Positions 22,611-34,475 of a stretch of 64,000 nt of DNA are shown piece by piece. This stretch comes from Squalus acanthias (Eukaryota). The first letter of the stretch is position 1. Each line of letters opens with the position of its first letter. The position numbers and the translations under genes are program-made. The notes under the pieces were generated by a model. It searched no databases, was not told the origin of the DNA, and saw only the letters and a program-made list of their open reading frames with translations. The stretch covers positions 7,750,001 through 7,814,000 of the forward strand of contig CM059452.1 of assembly GCA_030390025.1 (NCBI GenBank), given 5' to 3'.

Positions 22611-25600
22611 CTGATTTAAGCTCCTTCTACTGTCTGCCAGACGTGTTTCTGAAATGCTGCTTCTGAATGTCACAAACTGGGTTACTGAGACACCTCCTCA
22701 AACTTAAAGTCAAACTATCGCATTTCTCACAGATACAAGCTTCTGAAATAAATGAGTCGAATTGTACTCCATGAAACACAAGAGAACAAACCAGCAGGTT
22801 TACAACCAGTCAGGAGGACTCCTGATTCTCACACAGTGAGCAGGCGCACAGAAACAGAACAGACACAAACGGTGCAACAATCGTGCTCTCAGCAGATAGA
22901 TCTGGTCAATCTGTCAATTTCAATGAAGCTGATTTCTAATTGATCTCTTGTCAATTTCCGACCACCTCAAGTCTGCACGTTTTTTGAAATTAAACTGATA
23001 TTAATTTGAAAAAGTTCTTCGACTTCCAACCATTTCTCCCTCCCTGTCTACAATCTTACAAACAGATAAGATTTAGTTTCCCTGAAAACAAGTATACTGA
23101 AATAATTCACATTCCAGGGTAATTTGCTGCATATAACTGGGACTCCGTGACAGAGTAAGAATTTAACGAACTAGGAACCACTAGGTTAATATAATTTCAT
23201 AATTAAATATAACCGGTAAAATCATCGAGGCAAAACACGAAGTTGATTCATTAAAATCTGCGGCGACACCTTCTCGAGCTGAGCACAGCTGAGTAAGACA
23301 TGTATTGCTTCTAAATTAATTTTAGACATAATTTAAAATTCTCTACAACCCTTGAGATTTTACAGTAACTGTCATCCTGTCCAGCATACAACGCAATTGT
23401 GGGAGGTCATTTATGTTTAATAAATTCGCACTCATATTATATTCTAAGTTAATATTGATGTTATGCTGCATTATAATAAAATTAGTTGATATTAATTTGA
23501 ATCCTGTTTCTGCCTGGTAACTTGTGAACTTATAGGGTTTCAATTAAATTAACATGACAGTTATCAATATTAAAATATTAAAAATCATATTAATAGATAA
23601 AGACATTCAGACAAATATATTATTTTTATTTAAATCAAATCACTTTTGAATAAGTTAAAATGGTCACTAACTTCCAATACATTCGCGCTCTCTATCTACA
23701 CACTTGTAAACTCTGCATGTTTCTGAACTCTCTGATACAACATAAACTCCATCTTTTCTCAGAGTGGATTTCACATGATGGATTTAGGAGTGAACTATTT
23801 TAAATAGTTCAAAGTCTGGCGGTGGTCACATCTCACTAACTACCGATTGAGTGTAACACCGTATGTTTACTAAAGCAGGGCTCGCGAGTTTAAACATTGT
23901 CCTCAATCTTAACTACAAATACTATTTTCGTGAATTAAAAGACAACCGGCCAGTTTGCAGTCAGTAACAGAGACTCCGCTATTTAATAACACAGACAATC
24001 TTTTTATACTTTACTCCCGTAATTCACACAATGCCCGTAAATTAATTATTAAATATATTCTACTATTTATTGAAAATCAGTTCCAGAATGATCAGTGTAA
24101 AACTGGCGGAGAACAAATCAATCAGACCATCTCCGACACTGAAATTTAATGAGCAAATGGAGGAGAGATTTTGTTGATCAATTTAACATTAATGAGAATT
24201 AAACATAACTCTCAGATGTAATCTGTTCCCTGTCTATAATTCTATCCCGTATACAGCACAGCTATGGGAGACAGGATGTTGTTATTACATTCAAAATAAT
24301 ATTAATCTTGCATAATTAAATTAATCTGCTTGAATGTCAATGGGTTATTTGTCTGTCTCCAGCCTTACGCAGTCTGCACCTTGCTTGAATTTAAATAGAA
24401 TCATATGAACAATTATTTGACTGCCAGCGACCGCTCAGCCAATGATCTTACAAACTGTTTAAGATTAATTTAGTGATAATTGTCTCGCTATCAAACAACA
24501 AATAATATTGAAGGAATAACATGGTTTCCGCTGCACAGTAAGAATTTAATAACCCGGCAGATTTATTACATTTACAAACTGCAATTTACAACTCGCATTT
24601 AATGCATAATTAAATACAATCCGTCATTCATCTGTGTAAAACAGGGAGATAACAATTAATTTCAAACCCACATTAAACTGAACACTGCGGTGGAATCAGT
24701 CTGTTATGAAAATAATTTCAGACATAATCAGAAATTGTCTCCAGCCTCTAAAATTCTCCGCTCAGGTTAATTGTGACCAGTGCACAGCAGAATTGTGGAA
24801 GGAGAATAATATTTAATACATTAATATTAATAATACAGTATATTAAGTGATATTGGGCAATATTACCGCATTCTAATTGTTTGAGTTATGTTAATTTAAC
24901 TCTCCTTCAACCTGCAAATTGTTAATTATATAATTCGTAATTACAGTAACATTTCACCTATTAAATGTGAGCACCGTAAACCACAGATTAATAATTGAAT
25001 CAGTAATTCTCACTTAAATATAAAGATGCATTAAATTATTTTTAAATGATTTCTGATTTATAAAACCTACTTGTTGTCAGCCTACAATCATCTTTCAAAC
25101 AGTTTAAACAGATCTGAAAACCTGCAGCAGTTCGATGTCACCGAGATTAAACATTGCAGAAACTCCAAACAGTTTCACAAACTTTAGTTATTCAAAGTAA
25201 CCCAGGCACACACTCTCCTCAGCAGATAAACAGCAAATCACATCACTGAGGGGCTGAATCCCGCAACAGAACGTTTTGTGGAGAAGCAACTTAATTCTAT
25301 AAACCCTTTCAGCAGAATCAAATGTAACATTACAAAAAAATCTCAATACATAACCCCGCGAACCCATCTATCACTGAACGAATTAATTATTGAAATAAAC
25401 ATAAATATAAAATAATGACAGCGGAATTGTGAGTAGACGGATCATGTTTAATAAATTACTATTGATGTAGCATATTGTTGTAATATTGGGTGATATTAAT
25501 ACATTATAATAATTTAATCTATATTCATTTAAATCTGATTCAGGCAACAGATTTGTTAATTATGTAGTTATTAATTACAATAACAGTTCACGCATTCAAT

Positions 25601-26107
25601 ATGACCATTGGTGAACATTAGATTAATAGCTGACAATGTAAACATCACAAATAAAAATACGGTAAAATATCTTAAGATTATTTTTGACCTCTAAAATTTT
25701 CTGTTTTCTGCCTACAATCTTATTTCAAACACATTTAGTCACATAATGTTTACATTTGATCAGAAAACCTGTAACCATTAGATGTCACCGAGATTAAACA
25801 TTGTAGAAACTCCAAACAGTTCAACAACCGTTGGGTATTTAAGTAACCCAGGCTCACAGTCTCAACAGCAGATAAACACCAAATCACATCAATCAGGGGT
25901 TCAATCCCTCAACAACAATTTTATTGCTGGAGAAACTGTTTAAATCTATTATCACTTTTCAGCAGAATCAAATGAAACATTGCAAAAAATCTCTTTACAG
26001 ACTCCACCGAACCCAAGTTTCAGTGAATGAATTAATTATTGAAATAAACAGAAATATAAAATAAAGACACAAATACAACAGTTACTGAAAGAGTGAATGT
26101 TTCTTAC

Positions 26108-26155
26108 CTGCAGTCACCGTCACCATGGTGCCTTGTCCCCAGTATTCGAGGTAGT
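26108..26155 (-). CDS. IGHJ: IgH J segment (unrearranged)
   Basis: YLEYWGQGTMVTVTA G|gtaag, with the WGXG motif. Confidence 0.96.
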
Positions 26156-26194
26156 CACAGTGTTACATTCCCCGGGCTGGGTCACACAATAACC
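26156..26194 (-). other. JH 23-RSS
   Basis: Heptamer CACAGTG 26156-26162, 23-bp spacer, nonamer ACAATAACC 26186-26194 (read on the plus strand). Confidence 0.95.
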
Positions 26195-26520
26195 GGCTCT
26201 GTGTAAAACAGACAGAAATCCAACATTAGTTTAAATATTCACATCCCAGAGGAAAAGTAAAGTCACGATGGATCTTCATAAAATGATGCATGTGTCAATG
26301 GATACTTTTCACTCTTTATAAATTCCCTGATGTTTTATATTTCACAGAGTAACCCATGAACAGTTAATGAAATCACCAACTGATCAATGATTAATTATCA
26401 CAGTTTATCCATCTTAAGCTGTGCTAGTAGACAGTGCTGGACACAAATAGGATTTCACTGCATCGTCAGTTGGATTGTGAAAGCGAGCACTGACCCAGAC
26501 TCACTCAATTAGTGCTGAGG

Positions 26521-26548
26521 GGTTTTTGTATTGACAGTAACTGCTGTG
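26521..26548 (-). other. 12-RSS at the 3' end of the joined VH-D(D)
   Basis: CACAGCA + GTTACTGTCAAT (12 bp) + ACAAAAACC. Confidence 0.93.
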
Positions 26549-27044
26549 CCACCCAGCACCGCTGTACTCTCTTGCACAGTAATAGATGGCGGTGTCTTCG
26601 GTCCTCAGGTTCTTCATGTCCAAAGCGAAGATGCTGTTTGAAGTGTCTTTGGAGGCAGTAAATCGACTCTCAATCCCTGGGGCGTGATGCTTGTTCGATG
26701 AACTGTAATATCTAACCAGCCACTCCAGCTCCTGTCCGGGAACCTGTCGGAACCAGTGCATGACGTAGCTGCCAAGGTCGAACCCGCTGGTTTTACAGGT
26801 CAGTCTCAGGGAGCCTCCGGGACTCCTGGTCTCTGCCTCTGGCTGAGTCAACACGACATCCGACTGGACACCTGTAAAAACAATCAAAAACCCCGAGGAT
26901 TAATCCTGGTGAAATGATTCCTGACTCTGTAACATTCCAGAGAGAGACTAACACTGAGACAGTAACAGTGAGAGACTTGGACAATAAAAACTACTCACCG
27001 GATAAGAAAGCCAACAACAGACTGAGAGAAATCGCCGACCTCAT
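26549..27044 (-). CDS. IGHV: IgM VH pre-joined to D sequence (leader 26999-27044; VD(D) exon 26549-26871), open frame
   Basis: Leader [16 protein letters not shown]|gtgag. tttacag|[69 protein letters not shown], then a 12-RSS. Confidence 0.95.
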
Positions 27045-27136
27045 CCTCCTGGCAATGGGTGGGAAATGGTTCTAACAAGAACTCACTGAGCAAACCCGCT
27101 CCCGGACTGGTGTATTGCGGTCCCAGTGACCGGCAG

Positions 27137-27220
27137 TTAAATACCCGGTAGAAGGGGGCGAGGTTACAGGCGCCGCCTTGTGATTCCCCCGATAGAGGCG
27201 GCTACTGGATCCACGTCACA
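27137..27220 (-). promoter_or_regulatory. VH promoter: TATA-like box, CTCF-like motif, CRE-like element; no octamer
   Basis: TATTTAA 27137-27143; TCACAAGGCGGCGCC 27169-27183; TGTGACGTGG 27211-27220. Shark VH promoters are known to lack the octamer. Confidence 0.55.
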
Positions 27221-28744
27221 CCCTCCACATCACCAACTGGACTCACAACTGGACTGTCAATGAAATCCCTTTATTTCCTCACTCCTTCACAGCGCATGTG
27301 AATCTCTGAGATTAAATTACATTACCAGGCTCTAAAGAGACAGCCAGTATGTGTTACTCCATCTCTCGCTATCTATCCATTCACTCAGTTCCAATAAAGT
27401 ATCCCCTATATTATGAATTGCTTTTGGTCTATGTACCTGAATGCGGGAGATGGGTGGTGTGATTCTATTTACAATGTGGATGGCTATAGCTACACTATTT
27501 GGGTCCGGAGATGAATAGAAAGCCCTCACATTATACAAGTGTCTCAAATTGCATTTTTCTAACTGCCCCTGAGTCTGTGACCCTAAGACAGTCCTTTATA
27601 AAATTAGCTTTAAAATAAGTCCTCTTGCCTGATAATTAAGGAGTGAGTTGACGGAGACACAAAAAAATTTGAGCCCGCCCGCTTCAGATCAGCTTTTTAA
27701 AAGAGAAGCTGGTGAATCAGAACTGATAACGCGATCAGCAAACCCCGGCATCCAAATCCTTGCAGCGAACGTTAATAGCGCCCGACTGTGTAACAAACAC
27801 TGGTATCAGGAACACAGTATATCAGGACATAGCGGTATCTTACAGAATATCACAAGAATAAATGCTTCATCTCCCGCTGAAACAGATCACAAACTGAACA
27901 TTTCTCTGCCCTTTGGTAGCCGGGCTCTGAGAGGGGTTGTTTAGGAATCAAAATCAGCAAAATTAAACTGCACAGTGCGCGGCTGCTAATCAGTAATAAG
28001 GGAGCCCTGAGTTTCAATCAGGGTCACAACTCTGAGAATATTCAAGGAAGTGCAGCGGGTTCGAGGCAATTCCACCGATTGTTTTATTTACTTTGCGATT
28101 CGCACTGATCTCATTACAGTGTGGGTGTGGGGACAGTAAAATCTCTCTCCAGCACTTCGTGCAGTGCTGAATAAACCGACTGAATTATTTAGAATTGTCT
28201 TTAATAGGAATTTTAAAAATTAATTAGCATGTGGATCCATTTACTTTTTTCTGAACATATTTTATAATATTGTGAGCAAGTCATTTACCGAAAGTCATTC
28301 TTTAGATGTTATACCATGTAAAATGTTTCTTTCTTGTGAGAGCACTGCTGAATAATTTAATGTTCAAATAGTTAAATCCCATCTTGTTCCCATTCATATT
28401 CACGCCAATCTGCCCCACGCAGTATTTGGCAGCAGCCCAGCCGACTGTCGTCAGGGAGGCTCGAACACCCAATGTCATTTACAGGAAGCATCTGGGGTTC
28501 TGTGCAGTGAATCAAAGATCTGTTTCCTCACTACTGACCGCTTGGCTGAAAGCCAACTTCAAACCCTTAACATTGTGAGTGAGGTCTATTGATAAACAAA
28601 TCTACCCAGCAACAGTACTGGAGTCAATTTTAATTATTCAGTTGTGTAACTGTGTGTAAAGGTTCCCATCTTTCAGATAGGAAATATATCCAGCGTCTCA
28701 GACATCCTGTCAGCAGCAGCAGTCAGCTGGAGGGTCTGTCCAGC

Positions 28745-28941
28745 NNNNNNNNNNNNNNNNNNNNNNNNNNNNNNNNNNNNNNNNNNNNNNNNNNNNNNNN
28801 NNNNNNNNNNNNNNNNNNNNNNNNNNNNNNNNNNNNNNNNNNNNNNNNNNNNNNNNNNNNNNNNNNNNNNNNNNNNNNNNNNNNNNNNNNNNNNNNNNNN
28901 NNNNNNNNNNNNNNNNNNNNNNNNNNNNNNNNNNNNNNNNN
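28745..28941. other. Assembly gap (197 N)
   Basis: Run of n characters. Confidence 1.
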
Positions 28942-31759
28942 CAGAGGACCTCAGAGAGAGGATACATTCTGAAATAAATAAGTATGCGTGTTTGCATGGA
29001 TGGATAGATGGATGTAGCGATGCATGAATAGAGAGATAGTTAGATGTCTGAATTTTTATTAATGGATCGATGAAAGGATTAATGCAAGGATGAATCGATG
29101 GATGGATGGTCCTGAAAGTTGCTGTTAGAACATAAGAACATAAGAAATAGGAGCAGGAGTAGGCCATTCGGCCCTTCAAGTCTGCTCCTCCATTCAATAA
29201 GATCATGGCAGATCTGATCTTGGCCTCAACGTCACTTTCCCGCTAGCTCCCCATAACCCTTGACTCCCCTGTAGCTCAAGTATATGTCTACATTCTCATC
29301 TTTGTGAGTCTCTACTTCTTAACACGAGGCAGCCCCTTTACATTTGTGTCAGTCTGGCGCCTCCAGTCCTTCCTGATTTTCTGTATCATTTCACTCCATA
29401 CAGTGTCCATTTATAACGAGCTGAAAATCACGAAGAGAAGCCTGAAGGTATCCATGCGGTACCAAGGATCCTTCTATGGTGATGGGGAATCTCCATCTCA
29501 GAGATATAAAGCGAGCACGTGTCTGGGTTGAGAAGGGACAAGTGTAATATTTGGAACATGTGCTCCTTTCATGTACAACAAAGCACTCAATATATCCTCA
29601 CCCGAATTACTTCAATCAATGCGGAAACACAGCAGATCAACGGGTACATAATTTTTCCACTTCCCTACCTAAATCCTTGCTCCTCTGTGAGACTGGTGCA
29701 GTCACACCATTCTGAACACACGGATAAAAGGAGCATGAACTGTGACTTTCTTTACCGCCATATAGTCATTGTAAGTCATTGCCACAGTGAAATATGTCCC
29801 GTGGGTTTTGGACATTGTGGTCGTAAATTGAAATGCTCTTAACTCCTTTAACCACACTCCCCAGAGCCTTTCCATTCAGCCCATTCATTCACTGAATGAA
29901 TTGTTCACCAGTTGGGCGGGTAAGGTCAATACATCACTGAGATGTGCTCAGGTTGATGGGGTCACCGGGATGTAGATATATGGTTAGAGTGGACATGGTA
30001 CATCATGCAGACAGAGTTGAGTCGGTCAAGTTGCCGAATATGGTGATTTAAATGAAAATTTTGGACAAGATTATTGGCTCAATGTTCTATGACATGAGGT
30101 TAAAGCAGATTCTTATTTCTCAGAAGGTTGTACTTTTTTGTGCGACATGATTAGGTTCGTGGAGAGCTGGTGTAGAGATATAAAGAACGGAATAAGGTGC
30201 CATTATGGCCATATTTAGAAATTACTTATCCACGTAATTTTCTGGTCCAAATGTATAGCTTCAAACCCTATCTTAATGTTCCAAAGGGCTTTAAAATGAA
30301 TTGTAAGTATTGAAGTGTTATTGGTGATGCGATTTTCCGCGAATGGCTCCGAGGGACTGATTCCTGATTCACCCCTCCCCCTTGTATAAGAGGCGCTCTC
30401 TCATAATCGACGGATTATTAATGTGGTTTGTGCACAGTTCCCATTCCCGCTCAATACCCCACACTCGGGAGTAACAAACTGTCTCTGCGCCAAATAACAG
30501 AAATATTGACAGATGGACGAAGAGAGATTTCCGGACGCATTGGTATTTCCCAGGCCGTCATATTACTAAACAAATGATAATTCTCAATACTGTCGGCCTT
30601 CATCGTGTTTTCCAAACCACAGATGTTTCTCAATCCATTGATGGGTTCAATCTATTGATAGTTCCCCAACCATCAACTTTCTCAAACAATTGATAGCTTG
30701 CAATCAATTGATGTTTCTCGACCAATCAATGATTCCCAAACCTTTCAGGACTCCCTATAGATTGACGTTTAACAATCTATTAATGATCACCAATCCTTTA
30801 ACGATTCACAATCCATTGATGTTTCGTTTATAAAATAAGAGAGTTCGCCCACATATCCTTTAGGTTTTTCCCTTTACCCGTGGCCATTCTGGTTTCTCTA
30901 CTAAGCGGTTGGACTTTTAGTAAAATTCCCAGAATGGCCTTGTGATTTCGGTGTCGAATTCAGGGTCACACCTGCAATCAGTGTCTGTACTACCGGCCGT
31001 ACTGTACAACTGCAGTGAATATCTGAGCGGCCCGGACTCAGTCTGAGTTGCCTCTCTATCTGCAATGGAAGTTGAGCCGTTGAATGCCTGGGGTTCCATT
31101 TACCTATTTCTTGTTGATCTATATTTTAATCAGTAATGGCCATTCATCATTAGTAATTGGTGTAAATAAGGGAGTGTTGGATTGATTCGGTAAATCATAG
31201 AATCCCAGAATGATACAAACGAAAAGGAGGCCATTCAGTCCCTCATGACTGCACCAGCGCTTTGAAAGATCTATTCAATTAGTCCCACTCCCCGCTGCTG
31301 TTTCCCCACGGCCCTGCATTTTTTTCCTTTTGAAGTAATTATCCAATTCCCTTTTGAATGTTACTATTGAATCTGCTTCCACCACCCTATCAGGCAGTGC
31401 ATTCCAAATCACAACAACTCACTACTTAATTCCTCCACCCTCATATCGCCACTAGAACACATCTCTGCTCTTCTATTTTATGAGCCAATGAAAGATAATT
31501 TATTGTGGTGACGTACGCAGTTTTTTATTTTGTAATGTTACTGTAATGTGATAGAGCTCGGGGACAGAGAGTTTTTTTCCTGACCATGGGATCGACAGGT
31601 GCTTATGATAAGTACGAGGCAAAAGAAGATGGCAATGGGACAAATTAAGAAACAAAAGATGGCTGTAGATGAAGTGTAAATAGTACTGGCAGAAAGAAAG
31701 ACAGCTGTCATATGAGAGACAGAAACAAAATAAATGGAAAATAAGTAGGGGCATAGGTT

Positions 31760-32820
31760 ATGGTCTGAAATTGTTGAACTCTATGTTGAGTCCAGAAGGC
31801 TGTAAAGTGCCTAATCGAAAGATGAGGTGCTGTTCCGCGAGCTTACGCTGAGCTTCCGTGGAACAATGTAAGAGGCCGATGACGGTGAGGTCTGAGTGGG
31901 AGTGGAGCGTAGAATTAAAGTGACAGGCGACCGGAAGCTCGGGGTCACCCTTACGGACTGAACGGAGGTGCTCCGCAATTCAGTCACCCAATCTGCGTTT
32001 GGTCTCCCCAATGTAGAGGAGACCACATCGTGAGCAGCGAATACAGTATACTAAATTGCAGGAAGTACAGGTAAATCGCTGTTTCACCTGGAAGGGGTGT
32101 TTGCGGCCCTGGAAAGTGGGAAGGGGGGAGGTTTAAGGGCATGTGTTGCATCTCCTGCGCTTGCACGGGAAGGTGCCGGGCGAATAGGAAGGGGTTTTGG
32201 GGGTGATAGAGGAGTGGACAAGGGTGTCGTGGAGGGAGTGGTCCCTTTGGAATGCTGAAAGGGGAGGTGAGGGGAAGATGTGTTTGGTGGTGGGATCAGG
32301 CTGGAGGTGGCGGGAATGGCGGAGGATGATCCGTTGAATGTGAAGGCTGGTGGGGTGAAAGGTGAGGACCAGGGGAACCCTATCGTGGTTCCGGGAGGGA
32401 GGGGAAAGGGTGAGAGCAGAAGTGCGGGAAATAGAACGGACACGGTCAAGGGCCGTGTCAACCACAGTAGAGGGGAATCCTCGGTTGAGGAAAAAGGAAG
32501 ACATGTCGGAAGCACTGGTATGGAAGGTGGCATCGTCAGAGCAGATGAGGCGGAGACGGAGAAACTGGGAGAATGGAATAGAGTCCTTACAGGAAGCGGG
32601 GTGGGAGGAAGTGTAGTCCAGGTAGCTGTGGGAGTCAGTGGGCTTGTAGTGAATGTTCGTCAATAGCCTATCCTCAGAGATGGAGACAGAGAAGTCGAGG
32701 AAGGGAAGGGAAGATTCGGAGATGGATCATGTGAAGATGAGGGAAGGGTGGAAATTGGAAGCAAAGTGAATGACATTTTCTAATTCAGGGCGAGAGCAGG
32801 AAACAGCACCGACACAGTCA
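31760..32820 (-). mobile_element. Penelope-like retroelement fragment (RT C-terminus / GIY-YIG region)
   Basis: TNIHYKPTDSHSYLDYTSSHP..IPFSQFLRLRLICS..FLNRGFP..VPLVLTFHP..CKRRRCNTCP. Confidence 0.85.
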
Positions 32821-34029
32821 TTCAATGATCTTGAATATCTCTATCAAACCTCCCCTTCACTTCTCTGCTATTAGGAAAACAACCCCAGTTTCTCCAATCT
32901 CTCCACCTAACTGAAGTATTTCATCCCTGGTACCATGCTAGTAAATTTCTTCTGCACCCTCTACAAGACCTTGATATCCTTCCTAAAACCTGGTATCCAG
33001 AATCACACACGACTCCAGCTGGGGCCTAACCAAGTGTTTTACAAAGGTTTAGCAAAGCTTCATTGCTTGTGTACTCTATGCCTTTATTTCTAAAGCCAAG
33101 AATCCGGTATTCCCTTTAAACAGCCTATGAACTTACTCCCCCAGGTACCTCTGACCTGCACCCCATTAAAATTGTGACAATTAGTTTTGATTGTCAGGGT
33201 CTAGTGTAATAAACCAGATACATGTACTGGTGCAAAACAAACGGTGACATGGACTTGTGTAATATAAGCAAAGGCATCTTCTAGTGTAATATAAGCAGAG
33301 ACATGGTCTAGTGCAGTAATTATTAAGACAGGGCCTAGTGCAATATAAGTACAGACATGGTCGAGTGCAGTAGTAACTGAGGCAGAGTTTAGGGCCTCAA
33401 CAGATGAAGTGGTGTGGCACAGGGCCTGGGGTTGTACAAAAGGCCAGTATTGTAAGATGGCATAAATCTCGCAGTGTTGTCGGGATGGAGGAATTTACAG
33501 AGATATGGAGCAGCGAGGCCATGGTGGAATTTTAGAACAAATCTGGAGAATTTTAAAATCCAGGCGTTGATGGGTGAACGGGACTTGGTGCCATTTAGAA
33601 TGCGGGCAGCAGAGTTTTGGATGAGTTGGAATTGATGGAGTTTAGTATTATAACCGCTGGGTTGGTTGGCAACTGTTATAGTGCTGTGTGCAGTGATTGA
33701 CGTCTCATTATAGGAAGGGCTTTAAAGTTCTAGAGACTGAAACAGCTCAGATTCACTGGGACAGCCTTGGAAAGGGTAACTACGGTAATAATGAGAGACT
33801 TCAGATTTTCAGTTAAGCAAACACGGCTAAGGGATCAAATCGAGTTTTACTTAATTGTTAAAAGAAGATGTAAAGACTGATTCCTCTGCTCGAGGAGTCT
33901 GTAACCAAACCTTCATCAAATTACAATTGTCAATAAGAGAGAGAGGGGTCAGGATATCTCTGTATAGGGGGTTGTTGGAGGATTGGAATATTTTGCCACA
34001 TAGAATGGCCGAGGTAGTGAACATAAAAG

Positions 34030-34475
34030 GATGCAGTAGTGTAGTGGTAATGTTACTGGATTAGCAATCCCGAGGCCTGGGCTATTAATACATCAATTAA
34101 AATCCCACCATGGCATTTCAATTCAGATTTTTAAAAGCTGGAAATGAATAATCTGGTGTCTGTGAGACGGATCATGAAACTATGGGATTGTGATAAAACC
34201 CCAACTGGTTCACTAATGTCCCTTTGGGGAAAGAACCCTGCCGTCCACATCTGGTCTGGCCGATATACGACTGTAGTCCCACACGAACGTGGTTGACTCT
34301 TAACTGTCATTTGAACTGGTCTCGGAAGCCCCTCAGTTGTATGAAACTGCTGGAAAGAGCAGAAATGTAGTGGTTGAAGAAGAAGGCCCCCCACCACCTC
34401 CTCAAGGGGCAACTAGGGGATGGGCAGCCAACTCCGGCTTTGTCAGCGGTGCCCACATCTCGGGAATTAATAAGA
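34030..34475 (+). mobile_element. HE1-like SINE
   Basis: tRNA-like head GTAGTGTAGTGGTAATGTTACTGG; 3' tail shared with the LINE at 1272-2460. Confidence 0.7.

Noticed and set aside
26195-26520. Additional free D segments between VH and JH
   Set aside because: No heptamer-spacer-nonamer pair found; the interval is only about 326 bp.
14007-27044. Identity as IgM1gj, IgW or IgNAR
   Set aside because: Four C domains including Cmu2 with shark mu signatures, a conventional VH with full FR2/CDR2, and an unjoined J. IgM1gj is fully VDJ-joined and lacks Cmu2.
27045-27600. Ig octamer (ATGCAAAT/ATTTGCAT) in the VH promoter
   Set aside because: Only an imperfect AATTGCAT about 500 bp upstream; not supportable.
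28652-29206. ORFs spanning the N run
   Set aside because: Artefacts of the assembly gap. The gap also means the order and distance between the IgM gene and the V genes beyond 29 kb rest on scaffolding.
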